A stretch of DNA of 32,000 nucleotides. Origin: Methanopyrus kandleri AV19. Lineage in GTDB: Archaea; JAADCQ01; Methanopyri; Methanopyrales; Methanopyraceae. The stretch is taken from NCBI RefSeq assembly GCF_000007185.1, contig NC_003551.1, positions 870,001-902,000 on the forward strand, in the 5' to 3' direction. How positions within the stretch are numbered: position 1 is the stretch's first letter; every line of letters starts with the position of its first letter. The position numbers and the translations under genes were made by a program. The notes under the pieces are model-generated. The model saw only the letters and a list, made by a program, of their open reading frames with translations, made no database searches and had not been told where the DNA came from. This document shows, piece by piece, positions 10,054-19,174 of the stretch.

Positions 10054-11355
10054 TTGCCCGTCCACGCGGTCGTGGGCTTCGGGTACCCCAAGTACGACCC
10101 GGTGAGCTGGTTCGCGGAGCGTTCACTGATCGAGACACTGGAAGTGAAGACCGCGGAGTCCCGCTGCCTCGAGCTACGCGAGGGGTCGACTCTTCGCCTC
10201 GAGGCCCGGCGCCTCGGTAGGCGTGAGATGAGCGCGACCGCGCTGCTGGAACGCGTCGAAGAACCGGGAGAAGTCCACGTGTTCGCCTCGTCCTCGCTGA
10301 AGGGACAGACGGTCGATGGTGACACGGTGGAGGATCGTATGGGTGAGTACCTCGTCGATCCGTTGAACGATGTGGGGTTCGAGGTCGAGGTCCACTGGTC
10401 GTCGGCGTTCGATCCCCTGTCGCTCCTCCCCGAGCTCATCGACACCCTGACACGTCTCGACGATCGCGTGGTGCTGGATCTTACCCACGGTGTTCGTATC
10501 CAGCCCGCGATCTCGGCCGTGGCGGGAATGGCGGCCGCTCGATTGCCGGGCTCAGATATGGAGCTCGTTCCGGTGTACGGGGCCGCAGGGGTTGAGGTGA
10601 GGGAGGTCCTGAGGTGGTCGGACGGTGCGGACGGGTCTCGCGGGATCATCCTGGACATCCGTCGCCACTTGGAGTCCGCCATGGCGTTCAACAAGGTCGT
10701 CGATTACACCTTGGATCCCTCCCGAGAACACCTCGAAGAGCTGTGCGAGCTGACTGAAAGCGCGCTTCGAGAGTTGGACGTCCCCGATGATCGACTGGAG
10801 AGAGTTCGGGAGCTAGTGATCGATGAAGGGGCTCTGAGAGGCCTCGCCGACGCCCTCCGGTCCAACTACCCGCGGAAGGTCGTGAAGGAGGCGAGAAAGT
10901 GGGAACCGAAGTCGCCCGAGGACGTACTCGACAGGCTTCATATAGAAAGTTCCGGGAGGGAGCGGGCCGAGAAGTACCTCCGTGCGCTCTCGAACTTCTT
11001 AGCAAGGGCCCTGAATCCGTTCCTTCAGGGTCTTGACTTACCGAAGTCTCCTTGGAAGGCGGCCGTACAGCTCGCCGAGTGGCTGTGTGATCGCGGTTAC
11101 TACGCGGCCTCGGTTCTGCTGCTCCGAGAGCTCGTGTACCTCAGGACGGTCTACGAGTGGGCCGAGGAGCACGGCCACGGGGAGCTGAAGGAGGTCGTCG
11201 AAGAGTACCTCAGGGCCCTCATCGATCCGGACGCGAGAAAACCCAGGGGAGTCTACGACGAGTTGTGCAGCACCATCGAAGAGGTTACCGACGGGGAGGC
11301 CGGGGATCCCGACGATTTGGTCAGGAAGATCGAACGGGAGATACTCAACCGATGA
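10054..11355 (+). CDS. CRISPR-associated CARF-domain protein (Csx1/TM1812-like), helical C-terminal domain without a visible HEPN catalytic motif
   Basis: Start refined to TTG 10054 with SD AGGAGGG at 10041-10047 (ORF track starts at 9934). N-terminal HAVVGFGYPKYDP and VVLDLTHGVRIQPAISAVAGMAA match the CARF 'Dx(T/I)HGxRxxP' pattern; helical segment WKAAVQLAEWLCDRGYYAASVLLLRELVY resembles the first part of Csx1-type HEPN domains. Confidence 0.7.
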   Translation: MPVHAVVGFGYPKYDPVSWFAERSLIETLEVKTAESRCLELREGSTLRLEARRLGRREMSATALLERVEEPGEVHVFASSSLKGQTVDGDTVEDRMGEYLVDPLNDVGFEVEVHWSSAFDPLSLLPELIDTLTRLDDRVVLDLTHGVRIQPAISAVAGMAAARLPGSDMELVPVYGAAGVEVREVLRWSDGADGSRGIILDIRRHLESAMAFNKVVDYTLDPSREHLEELCELTESALRELDVPDDRLERVRELVIDEGALRGLADALRSNYPRKVVKEARKWEPKSPEDVLDRLHIESSGRERAEKYLRALSNFLARALNPFLQGLDLPKSPWKAAVQLAEWLCDRGYYAASVLLLRELVYLRTVYEWAEEHGHGELKEVVEEYLRALIDPDARKPRGVYDELCSTIEEVTDGEAGDPDDLVRKIEREILNR

Positions 11356-11530
11356 TCTCTTTCACTTTCTTCACCAGATTCTGTGCCTTCTCGTCTGGCC
11401 TCCCAACGTCTTCCCTTACGTGTGCGAATGAGTTACGGACATCCCTGATTTCACACACCACCTCGATAAGCTCTCGCCGGTCGATCGAATAGTCGATTTC
11501 CCTTCTCTTCCCCCGGAAGAGACCGATCAC
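11345..11530 (-). CDS. Small HEPN-like protein fragment carrying an RNxxAH RNase-type motif
   Basis: 61-codon ORF from GTG; ...RRELIEVVCEIRDVRNSFAHVREDVGRPDEKAQNLVKKVKEIIG; R-x4-H motif (RNSFAH); upstream GGGGGT could serve as SD; overlaps the CARF gene end by 11 bp on the opposite strand. Confidence 0.5.
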   Translation of the reverse strand: MIGLFRGKRREIDYSIDRRELIEVVCEIRDVRNSFAHVREDVGRPDEKAQNLVKKVKEIIG

Positions 11531-11698
11531 GGCCGGACCCCCGCGACGTCAGGCATCCTCGGCGTTAGACCCGCTTCGATCTTCGGAAGATACGACAGTG
11601 TGAGATGTGCTCGTTCGGCGTGGTTCGGGAGGTGGCTGTGAATGGGTTCACGACTCATCGGACCGGAATTGTTACAAATTTAATAACGATTTGGGATT

Positions 11699-11801
11699 TG
11701 GCGCCGCGGCCCGGACTTGAACCGGGGACCACGGGATATCTGCGGCCCTCTCTTCATCGGGCCTTAACAGTCCCGCGCTCTACCTACTGAGCTGCCGCGG
11801 C
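11699..11801 (-). tRNA. tRNA-Asn(GTT) with 27-nt intron at 37/38, encoded CCA, and C at position 8
   Basis: Acceptor GCCGCGG/CCGCGGC, D-stem GCUC/GAGC, anticodon stem CGGGA/UCCCG with loop CUGUUAA after intron removal, T-arm CCCGG-UUCAAGU-CCGGG, discriminator G then CCA; mature length 76 nt. Confidence 0.95.
11738..11764 (-). other. Archaeal tRNA intron (27 nt, canonical 37/38 position)
   Basis: AGGCCCGATGAAGAGAGGGCCGCAGAT; internal GGCCC/GGGCC helix compatible with a bulge-helix-bulge; removal restores a normal 7-nt anticodon loop. Confidence 0.85.
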
Positions 11802-11833
11802 CTCAATCCCGAGCCATCTGGAAACCTCCCTTA

Positions 11834-11847
11834 CAAAAATATAATGC
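11834..11847. promoter_or_regulatory. Possible TATA box region for the tRNA (minus) and/or the divergent gene at 11864
   Basis: AT-rich CAAAAATATAATGC about 35-40 nt upstream of the tRNA 5' end in a GC-rich context. Confidence 0.4.
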
Positions 11848-11863
11848 TTTCGGGGGGAGGTCC

Positions 11864-12451
11864 ATGGCCGACCCGAGGGTGAGAGTGAAAGTCGTAGGAG
11901 TGGAGAAAGAGGACGTCAGGAAGCGCCTTACATTGCTGCGCCCGGAGCGCGATGTCGACGTGATAGTGGATGGAGTGTCCGGAGTGATGCGTGTGACCTC
12001 GGGGACTACCCGCCTACGCGTCAACGCCGGCGGCTCCGCGTTCCTCTCGTGTTCGGGTAGGATCTCGGAGGATGCAGCGGCAGTGGCTTCAGTGCTCCTC
12101 TCGGAAATCGGCGCGGACCGGAAGGAGATTCCGAGGTTCCTTTCGGCGGCGGTGGAGCTGGGGAGAACTACACCGGGGGGATGCGAGCTGGCGGCGGTTC
12201 TGCGGGGTAAGGACGTGACCGTGAAGTTCCGGAGGGACCCCAAGTCCGGCCGATACGCGCTGAAATCTAGACACGGGGTGCTGGTCAGGCGGACCCGATC
12301 GACGTGTGAGGTGGAGATCCTCGTCACGGTAACGGATCTCGATCGGGTCGTCCGGAAGGCGGGAAGGATCTGGGGACAGCTGGAAGATTTGGCGGGTGGT
12401 GGAGATCCAGAATACGTCCTCCTAAACGTCCTCGACGCACTGGGGAGGTGA
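11864..12451 (+). CDS. Hypothetical protein, 195 aa
   Basis: ATG preceded by GGGGGGAGGT SD; coherent Val/Arg-rich soluble protein; overlaps the next gene by 4 nt. Confidence 0.7.
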   Translation: MADPRVRVKVVGVEKEDVRKRLTLLRPERDVDVIVDGVSGVMRVTSGTTRLRVNAGGSAFLSCSGRISEDAAAVASVLLSEIGADRKEIPRFLSAAVELGRTTPGGCELAAVLRGKDVTVKFRRDPKSGRYALKSRHGVLVRRTRSTCEVEILVTVTDLDRVVRKAGRIWGQLEDLAGGGDPEYVLLNVLDALGR

Positions 12452-13326
12452 GGCGACTGAGTTGGGTCCTAGAGATGATCAGGACGCTTCTGTGCATGTA
12501 TGTAGGGGTTCTGATCGCGTCTTACTTAGGGTCCTCCGAAGCGTGTACCCGGTCGTTGCTCCGCGTACTGAAGCCTGTGGTCGGGTCCGGCCTCTACGGT
12601 CACGCCGCGTCGCTATCGGCCCTGAGTTCCTCTGTGGCGCTTTACGCGGCTCAGGACAAGGTGAACTCCACCAGAGAGGCCGTGGGTTTACTGCTCCTCC
12701 TGGCCTTCCCGACTTCCGTAGCGACGGTCCTTCAGTTTTACCTCCCCGTGGTCGTACCCGCCGTGGGCCCGGCGGGTCTCCTTATGATCGGCATATCGGT
12801 CGTGGGCGCCCTACTCACTTCCGCGTTCGGCCGTGTTCTACTACCTGGCCGTGAAGATGGTGATGGGCCGAGTAAGATCACGCTCGTGCGGAACCCTTGG
12901 CGCACTGCCCATAGTGTGTTCCTCAGGGTTGGGCCCGCCGTCGCCTTGGCGATGGTGGCGGTTAAGCTGGGTGAGGGGTACGGCGTGACGGAGTGGGTCG
13001 AGAGATTTCTTCACCCGTTGACTAGGTCCGTTGGACTCCCTTCGGACGCGTCTCTGGTGGTGTTCGGGTGTCTGATCAACGTGGCCGTAGGTGCCGCCTT
13101 AGGGGCAGATCTCTGGGCGTCCGGGAAGCTGCGGATGGAGGATCTGGCGCTCGCGTTGGCGTTCGGTAGGGCCCTTTCTTTGCCGAGGATTAACCTTCAG
13201 TTCCTGTTTCCTCCTGCCGTCACGTTCCTTGGCAAGAAGGGGTTGCTCGGGGCGACCGTCCGCACGCTCGTCGAGACCTTGGCGAACATATCGGTGGTAC
13301 TGGCACTAACGGCGTTTGTTCACTAG
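12448..13326 (+). CDS. Multi-pass membrane protein, possibly nucleoside-recognition/transport-like
   Basis: 292 aa with about eight hydrophobic segments; translationally coupled to the upstream ORF. Confidence 0.65.
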   Translation: MRRLSWVLEMIRTLLCMYVGVLIASYLGSSEACTRSLLRVLKPVVGSGLYGHAASLSALSSSVALYAAQDKVNSTREAVGLLLLLAFPTSVATVLQFYLPVVVPAVGPAGLLMIGISVVGALLTSAFGRVLLPGREDGDGPSKITLVRNPWRTAHSVFLRVGPAVALAMVAVKLGEGYGVTEWVERFLHPLTRSVGLPSDASLVVFGCLINVAVGAALGADLWASGKLRMEDLALALAFGRALSLPRINLQFLFPPAVTFLGKKGLLGATVRTLVETLANISVVLALTAFVH

Positions 13327-14197
13327 GGCCCTGTTTTTTCGTCGGGGTTTCCTTCGGCTCGTACCCGGCCGCCCAGATCAGGGCGCGCGCCAGTAGCTTC
13401 CAGGCTCCCGTGCGTTCGGTCAGTTCCGGGTGCACGCCCAGTAAGACGAACCGACCCCGTGGTTCCCACTTGTCGCCCTTCTTCACGTTGTACCAGCCGA
13501 GCACCATCGCCCAACCACTGACGAGTTCGACGTACTTTCCGAACCCCTGTACGTTGATCCTGACCTCTTTCCCGTCTAGCCAGCACACTTTGTACCATCT
13601 GTTGTCGGAGATGAACACCGACCCGTCTTCCGCGGCCATCCCGGGACCGTTCGCGTAGTAATACTCGTAGACCTTCCCCCAGGTGGACTGCGGGGTGATG
13701 GGGTTCTGCTGGATCAGCACGGAGACGTACCCGTTCCCCCGGTTGCCGTCGATCGCCGTTACGCCGTCCACCACGAGATCCTCGCCGATGGCTCCTCGGT
13801 GCGTCACTCCGGCGTGTAGGTACGCACCCGCGCAGATGCCGACGTACCCGATGCCGAGGTCGATCTGCGCGTGATATAGCAGGTCGATCCAGTCGGGATC
13901 CCAGTGCCACTCGGGATGGTACCCGCCCGGAACGTAGATCACGTCGATGTGGGTGCCTGTGTACGGATCTCGTCCGGTCTCCAGGACGGTCCTCCAGTCC
14001 GACGGTGATGCGTAGGTGATCACGTTAATGTGATAGGTGCCGGCGTAGTTCGCGTTCCAGTACTCGATGGCCCTCAGCGAGCTTTCCACGCAGTTGGACG
14101 CGGCTCCGTCTCCCGCCCACATGGCGACGTTCACCATCGTCGATGAGACAGGGGCTAGGAGCGTCACGATCGCCGTCAGTGCGGGGGTCCACCTCAC
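13220..14197 (-). CDS. Secreted class-I glutamine-amidotransferase-like protein (BPL_N-like)
   Basis: Signal-peptide-like MRWTPALTAIVTLLAPVSS; DVIYVPGGYHPEW, nucleophile-elbow-like GYVGICAGAYLHAG, and FVLLGVHPE; last ~30 codons overlap the convergent gene and may be extension past the folded domain. Confidence 0.7.
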   Translation of the reverse strand: MRWTPALTAIVTLLAPVSSTMVNVAMWAGDGAASNCVESSLRAIEYWNANYAGTYHINVITYASPSDWRTVLETGRDPYTGTHIDVIYVPGGYHPEWHWDPDWIDLLYHAQIDLGIGYVGICAGAYLHAGVTHRGAIGEDLVVDGVTAIDGNRGNGYVSVLIQQNPITPQSTWGKVYEYYYANGPGMAAEDGSVFISDNRWYKVCWLDGKEVRINVQGFGKYVELVSGWAMVLGWYNVKKGDKWEPRGRFVLLGVHPELTERTGAWKLLARALIWAAGYEPKETPTKKQGPSEQTPLVPVPPICSPRSRRACGRSPRATPSCQGT

Positions 14198-14274
14198 GTT
14201 AACACCCCCTCACTCCGCAGCCGGGATCGTTAATCAAACTACGGGAAACACGTTACACCGGTAGGGGACGTGTC

Positions 14275-15705
14275 GTGTCCTTGAGGTCGAAACTGGCCGA
14301 CTTGGCCGGACTCCTCGCGCTCAAGGCGGTTCGGTTCGGGCCCGGTATGGGGCGGAGCTTTCCCGGATGGACCGTGATCAAGGTCGGCGGCTTCGACGCC
14401 GTTCGCGAGCTCGCACGGCGGCCGGAGTACGGAGTGGTGCTGATTACAGGTACCAACGGTAAGACCACGACCACCAGACTCGCCTGTGCGCTCCTAGCCG
14501 AAGATGCGGAGGTTTCGTGCAACTACGATAGTAACACAATCAACGCCGTCACGACGGGCCTACTCAAGGGTAGGAAGGCCGAGCTCGTGGTGACGGAGTA
14601 CGGGATTCGCAGCCGTGAGTACGGGATTCCAGATACCGTCTGCGAGCTCGTGGACCCGCTGGCGATCGCGTACACAACTATCTCGAAGGAACACTTCCGG
14701 GAGAACGCGGACAAGAAGGACCCGTTCGGGGCGTACTTCGAGGCGAAGCGTCTCCTGGCGAGGCCCCTGAAGGACGGTGTGCTGGTGCTCAACGCGGATG
14801 ATCCTCGGGTCACCTACATCCGCGACGAGAAGCGCGGTGACCCCGTGGAGTACGTTTTCTACGGTTTGGAGGTTGAAATCGAGGATCTGACGCCACCGAC
14901 CGAAGAGCTCGAGTGTCCCGCGTGCGGCGGCGAGTTGGACTACGAGACCCGCTACTTTAACCATAAGGGACTGTACTCGTGTCGAGACTGCGAGTTCTCA
15001 CGGCCTGACCCGGACGTCGCCGTGGTAAGGCTAAAGGGCGGCCCGGACGAGTGGGAGGTCACGCTGTCGTACGATGTGACCAACGCCGTGATCGGAGAAC
15101 GACTGGAGGGAAAGGTCACCTATGAGCTACCGCTGCCCGGTCTCCATAACGTCTACAACAGCGTTTGCGCGATCTCCCTGTACCTCGCGGTTACCCCCCG
15201 GCCCGAGGACCCGGAGGGAACGATCCGACGGGTGATCGAAGGGTTGAACCCGCTCGAGTTCATTCCGTCGGGCAGGTTCGAGGTGCTGAACGTGGGTGGT
15301 AAGCCCGTCGGCGTCGGTCAGGGAGACAACGGGGACGCCTTCAAGGCCAACGCGAACCTGATGCTTTCGGTGGCGGGGGATGTAGGGGCCTGTGTGTATA
15401 CCACCCCGGACGAGGGTGAACATCCGATCTTCGAGATGCACAGGATTATCCTCCGAGCTCTCGAACCAGACGAGCTATACGTGTTTCCTGGTAGGGAGTC
15501 CGTGAAGGCCGCGGAAGAGTACTACGAGGAACTGACCGAGGAGTTCGACGCAGAGTTCTACCCTATCCCGCACGAGCGGATGCAGGAGAAAGTCGAGGAG
15601 ATGCGTAGGGTGTGTGAGGAGGCGGATGGTCCCGTGTTCGCCTCCGGGTGCGGGCCGGAGCGCGAGATGTGGGAAGCCCTGAAGAGGGAGCTCAGGGGCG
15701 GCTGA
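14275..15705 (+). CDS. MurT-like Mur ligase family protein with zinc-ribbon insertion (pseudomurein-related candidate)
   Basis: P-loop ITGTNGKTTTTRL; CPACGGELDYETRYFNHKGLYSCRDCEFSRPD insertion is diagnostic of MurT-type proteins; LPLPGLHNVYNSVCAISL. Confidence 0.88.
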   Translation: MSLRSKLADLAGLLALKAVRFGPGMGRSFPGWTVIKVGGFDAVRELARRPEYGVVLITGTNGKTTTTRLACALLAEDAEVSCNYDSNTINAVTTGLLKGRKAELVVTEYGIRSREYGIPDTVCELVDPLAIAYTTISKEHFRENADKKDPFGAYFEAKRLLARPLKDGVLVLNADDPRVTYIRDEKRGDPVEYVFYGLEVEIEDLTPPTEELECPACGGELDYETRYFNHKGLYSCRDCEFSRPDPDVAVVRLKGGPDEWEVTLSYDVTNAVIGERLEGKVTYELPLPGLHNVYNSVCAISLYLAVTPRPEDPEGTIRRVIEGLNPLEFIPSGRFEVLNVGGKPVGVGQGDNGDAFKANANLMLSVAGDVGACVYTTPDEGEHPIFEMHRIILRALEPDELYVFPGRESVKAAEEYYEELTEEFDAEFYPIPHERMQEKVEEMRRVCEEADGPVFASGCGPEREMWEALKRELRGG

Positions 15706-16470
15706 ATGGGGCTGAGGCGCCTCCTGGGGCTAGTCGGGGTCGGGTTGATCGTTCTGTACTTCACTCTACTTTCCGCAGAGTATTCGGAGTTTCAACGCTT
15801 CCTCGGTGATCCGTGGGGAAGAGCCGTTTACGTCAAGTTACACAACCCGGACATCGCTCCGGGTACCCCGCACATCCGAACCCTGGTCGACTTCGCCAAA
15901 CAGCACGGGTACTCCAAGATCCTCGTGATCCACAACGCCGGGAAGATCGGATACAGTCACTTCTGGTATCACGGGATACTCATCATCCAGCTGGGGTGGT
16001 ACGACTACCGCACGGTCTTCGCACAACCCGAGTTGGGGTTGGTGATGGAGGACATCCTCTACGGTCAACGCCCTATGTTGGGTATCTGGATCGCGGATCG
16101 GCGTGAATACCGTAGTATGAGTGAAGCTGTAAACCACGTGCGCGACCTGGAGTCGGCCGTTCCCGGACGTACGATGGTGGTATGGCACGGATCGTGTCGT
16201 AACGGTAACCCACTTTGGAACCTCGGATGTGGTGCGGAACCGTACTTCTGGATCCTCTCGGCGTACGGTGGGCGTGTCCTCGCACTTACCTTCGCCGTTT
16301 TAGGTAACTTCGCCCCTATCGTCTTCTACGGGGATGCGGCGCTGGCGGAGCTCAGGAACTACGACAAGCTCCAGGCGCTGTACAACAGCGGGACCTTGAA
16401 CCGCTACGCCGTAGATCCTTACCTCCGCAAGAAGCCGATGCCGATGGGACCGCGGGGCGTGTACGACTGA
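15706..16470 (+). CDS. Signal-peptide/TM-anchored hypothetical protein
   Basis: N-terminal TM segment RRLLGLVGVGLIVLYFTLL then globular region; sits directly after the MurT-like gene. Confidence 0.65.
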   Translation: MGLRRLLGLVGVGLIVLYFTLLSAEYSEFQRFLGDPWGRAVYVKLHNPDIAPGTPHIRTLVDFAKQHGYSKILVIHNAGKIGYSHFWYHGILIIQLGWYDYRTVFAQPELGLVMEDILYGQRPMLGIWIADRREYRSMSEAVNHVRDLESAVPGRTMVVWHGSCRNGNPLWNLGCGAEPYFWILSAYGGRVLALTFAVLGNFAPIVFYGDAALAELRNYDKLQALYNSGTLNRYAVDPYLRKKPMPMGPRGVYD

Positions 16471-16476
16471 GAGGGG

Positions 16477-17508
16477 GTGAGGCCGGTGCTGGAGCCGCTC
16501 GCGGAATATCACTCGATCGATGACGATGAACTCGCGGCCCGGTTCATGGTAGCACGGACCCTCCCGGTCGAAACCACGGAGGGGGAGTTAGAGGACCTGT
16601 GGAAGGAGCACGAGGAAGCTATGGAGGAATTTCGCGCGAGGTGGGAGGAGCGTCCCGCACCCGGAGATATCGAGGAGACCTCGCCGAACCTCCTAGACTT
16701 GAAGCTGGAGATCGCTCGGAAGATCCTCCGTGAATGCACGTTCTGCGAGCGGAGGTGTCGGGTCGATCGAACCCGTGAGGACGGGTTCTGTCGGGTTCCG
16801 ATCAAACCCAGGATTTCCTCGGAGTTCCTGCATATGGGCGAAGAACGCGTGCTCGTGCCTTCTCACACAGTGTTCTTCTGCGGGTGTACGTTCCGATGTG
16901 TCTATTGTCAGAACTGGGACATAGCCTTCCGACCGACCAACGGGGTATACGTTAAACCGGAGTCACTCGCCCGGGTGATCCGGCATCGACGATCTCAAGG
17001 TGCCAAGAACGTGAACTGGGTCGGAGGAGACCCCACACCGAACATTCACTACATCCTGGAGGTGCTCAGGCGGCTCGACGTGAACGTCCCGCAGGTTTGG
17101 AACTCCAACATGTACTTGACCGAGGAGGCCATGAGGCTGTTAGACGGCGTTATCGACCTGTACCTGACGGATTTCAAGTACGGCAACGACGAGTGCGCGG
17201 AGAGGTACTCGAACGCCCCGAATTACTGGGAGATAGTGACCCGGAACCACCGTGAAGCGGATCGGCAGTGTGGCCTGATCGTGCGTCACCTCGTTTTACC
17301 CGGTAACGTGGAGTGCTGTACGTTTCCGATCCTGGAGTGGATCGCCGAAGAGCTGGGTACGGACACGCCGTTGAACGTGATGCCCCAGTATCGCCCGGAG
17401 CACCGCGCGTACGAGTACCCGGAGATAAACAGGCGACCGTCCGCGGACGAACTGGAAGAGGCGTGGGAGAAGGCGAGGGAGCTGGGGTTCCGATACTACC
17501 GGCTTTAG
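16477..17508 (+). CDS. Radical SAM protein (PflA/AmmeMemoRadiSam-like)
   Basis: [15 protein letters not shown] cluster motif; N-terminal [21 protein letters not shown]. Confidence 0.88.
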   Translation: MRPVLEPLAEYHSIDDDELAARFMVARTLPVETTEGELEDLWKEHEEAMEEFRARWEERPAPGDIEETSPNLLDLKLEIARKILRECTFCERRCRVDRTREDGFCRVPIKPRISSEFLHMGEERVLVPSHTVFFCGCTFRCVYCQNWDIAFRPTNGVYVKPESLARVIRHRRSQGAKNVNWVGGDPTPNIHYILEVLRRLDVNVPQVWNSNMYLTEEAMRLLDGVIDLYLTDFKYGNDECAERYSNAPNYWEIVTRNHREADRQCGLIVRHLVLPGNVECCTFPILEWIAEELGTDTPLNVMPQYRPEHRAYEYPEINRRPSADELEEAWEKARELGFRYYRL

Positions 17509-18422
17509 AGGGATTCGTGAACTTTACCCGGTTCCGGTAGGCCGAGCTCCTTCCGCTCCTCGATCTCCTTCTGGTTCTTGTTCTTCTTCACCTGGGCGAG
17601 CTTTTGAATGAGACCGAGACCTGGCTTGACCTCCTCGATGCTCTTAACCTCCAGCAGACCCTGCTCCACCATGTCGTCGAGGATCTCCTTGGCCTTCTCC
17701 GTCCGCACGATCACGGTGCTCCAGCCGTCCGGTGAACCCACCGAGCCGGCGGTTAGATCGGAGAGCTCGGCGCAGTAATCCGTGCACACGTGGCACGGTT
17801 CACCCTCGAAGGGGTGCGTTTCGTCGATCGGGATCGACTTCACCTCGCCGTCCTTCGTGTACACCCAGAACTTACCGTTACCGATGTCCATCTTGGTGAC
17901 CTCACGTATCCACACGCCGCAGAGCTGCTCGATGATGGTCTTCATACCCTCGTACGGGAAGTTCTCCATGCAGATGATCCCTATCAGTAGCTCGATCTTG
18001 TCCGGAACGTGCCTCATCCCGATCGGGCAGAGCTGTGCCTTACGGACGGCCCGGATCTGACACGGAGTCCCGACCATCGCTACTTTCTCGCAACCGTAGC
18101 TCCTCACGGCCTCCTTGAGGACGCTCACGTTGGGACAGTACGTGTACTTGGTTCCGGCTGCCTCCAGGACCTCGTCCGGGTCGGTGATGACCACTGGGCG
18201 TGGCTTCCAAGGCTCCTCGGGGTCGTCCGGGTCCGCGACGGCGGCGATCACGCCGTCGAACAGTCCCTCTTCAAGGCCGTAGATCATGACGGCGGAGGCG
18301 ATACCTCCGTCCTGGGTGACCTTCGTGACCTTGCGCTCGGTCGAGCGGGCCGTGAACACGCCGAGGTGGTCTCCCAGCAGCTCTGGATCGCCCTTAACCA
18401 TGATCTCATCCAACTTGCTCAT
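17505..18422 (-). CDS. fruB: Coenzyme F420-reducing hydrogenase beta subunit
   Basis: FrhB-type sequence: [51 protein letters not shown]; adjacent to gamma and alpha subunits. Confidence 0.92.
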   Translation of the reverse strand: MSKLDEIMVKGDPELLGDHLGVFTARSTERKVTKVTQDGGIASAVMIYGLEEGLFDGVIAAVADPDDPEEPWKPRPVVITDPDEVLEAAGTKYTYCPNVSVLKEAVRSYGCEKVAMVGTPCQIRAVRKAQLCPIGMRHVPDKIELLIGIICMENFPYEGMKTIIEQLCGVWIREVTKMDIGNGKFWVYTKDGEVKSIPIDETHPFEGEPCHVCTDYCAELSDLTAGSVGSPDGWSTVIVRTEKAKEILDDMVEQGLLEVKSIEEVKPGLGLIQKLAQVKKNKNQKEIEERKELGLPEPGKVHESL

Positions 18423-18424
18423 GG

Positions 18425-19117
18425 TTACTCACCCCCCATGATTAGCTCCTTGATGGCCTCGTCACCCGGCCAGATCGTCCTCGGGCACTGCGTGAAGCAC
18501 GCACCACACTTGATGCACCGGTTCTCGTTCACCACCGGTCTGCCGTCCACGATCTCGATCGCCCGCGTGGGGCAGGCCGCCGCGCAGGTGCCGCATCCCA
18601 TGCACATGCTCTTGTTCACCACGTGGTACATCAGGTCGCAGCCGCAGTACTCCGTCTTACCTTCCGCCAGCTTCGCGAACGGCTCGAGCAGCTCCTCTTT
18701 ACCCTCCAGAAGGAGCGTCAGGAACCGCTTGATAGCCTCGGGGGCTGGTGGACATCCCGGGACGGCGTAGTCGACGTCCGCCACCTCCGTGAGTGGCACG
18801 AACGCCTCGTGCGTGGGAGCCGCCTGCTGGTTCCCCCGCGAGAGTCGCATGAAGTTCCCCGTACTCGCGCACGCACCTAGTGCCACGATCGTGTCGGCGT
18901 GCTCCTCCAGCTCCTCCACTTCCTCCAGCATGTGCTCGTCGTTAAGGCACACCGCACCTTCTACTACGGCCACGTCGCACTCGGGGATCTCGCGCTCGTC
19001 CATGAGGGTCTGACAGTAGACCAGCTCGATGGAGTCCAGTATATCCAAAAGCCGCTCGTACGTGTCGGTTAACGACACCAGACACCCGCAGCATCCGGCC
19101 AGCTGCACGTAGGCCAC
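18425..19117 (-). CDS. fruG: Coenzyme F420-reducing hydrogenase gamma (small) subunit
   Basis: [17 protein letters not shown]; two 4Fe-4S motifs [12 protein letters not shown] and [12 protein letters not shown]. Start refined to GTG 19117 ([11 protein letters not shown]); the ORF-track start at 19336 would read through the SECIS region. Confidence 0.9.
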   Translation of the reverse strand: MAYVQLAGCCGCLVSLTDTYERLLDILDSIELVYCQTLMDEREIPECDVAVVEGAVCLNDEHMLEEVEELEEHADTIVALGACASTGNFMRLSRGNQQAAPTHEAFVPLTEVADVDYAVPGCPPAPEAIKRFLTLLLEGKEELLEPFAKLAEGKTEYCGCDLMYHVVNKSMCMGCGTCAAACPTRAIEIVDGRPVVNENRCIKCGACFTQCPRTIWPGDEAIKELIMGGE

Positions 19118-19174
19118 ATCGCATGATGACCTCGGCGTACTCTTCGTTTTCGCCCTCGATAGCCTTCTCCACCA
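19116..19174. repeat. 59-bp direct repeat, copy 1 (spans the fruG start codon region)
   Basis: acatcgcatgatgacctcggcgtactcttcgttttcgccctcgatagccttctccacca, identical to 19450-19508. Confidence 0.97.

Noticed and set aside
11605-11790. 61-aa plus-strand ORF over the tRNA
   Set aside because: Covers the antisense of the tRNA-Asn gene; the match to 'GLEPGTTGYL' is the typical spurious peptide from translated antisense tRNA.
11803-12327. 174-aa minus-strand ORF
   Set aside because: Ser/Arg/Thr-rich antisense of the 11864..12451 gene and adjoining the tRNA; no domain-like features.
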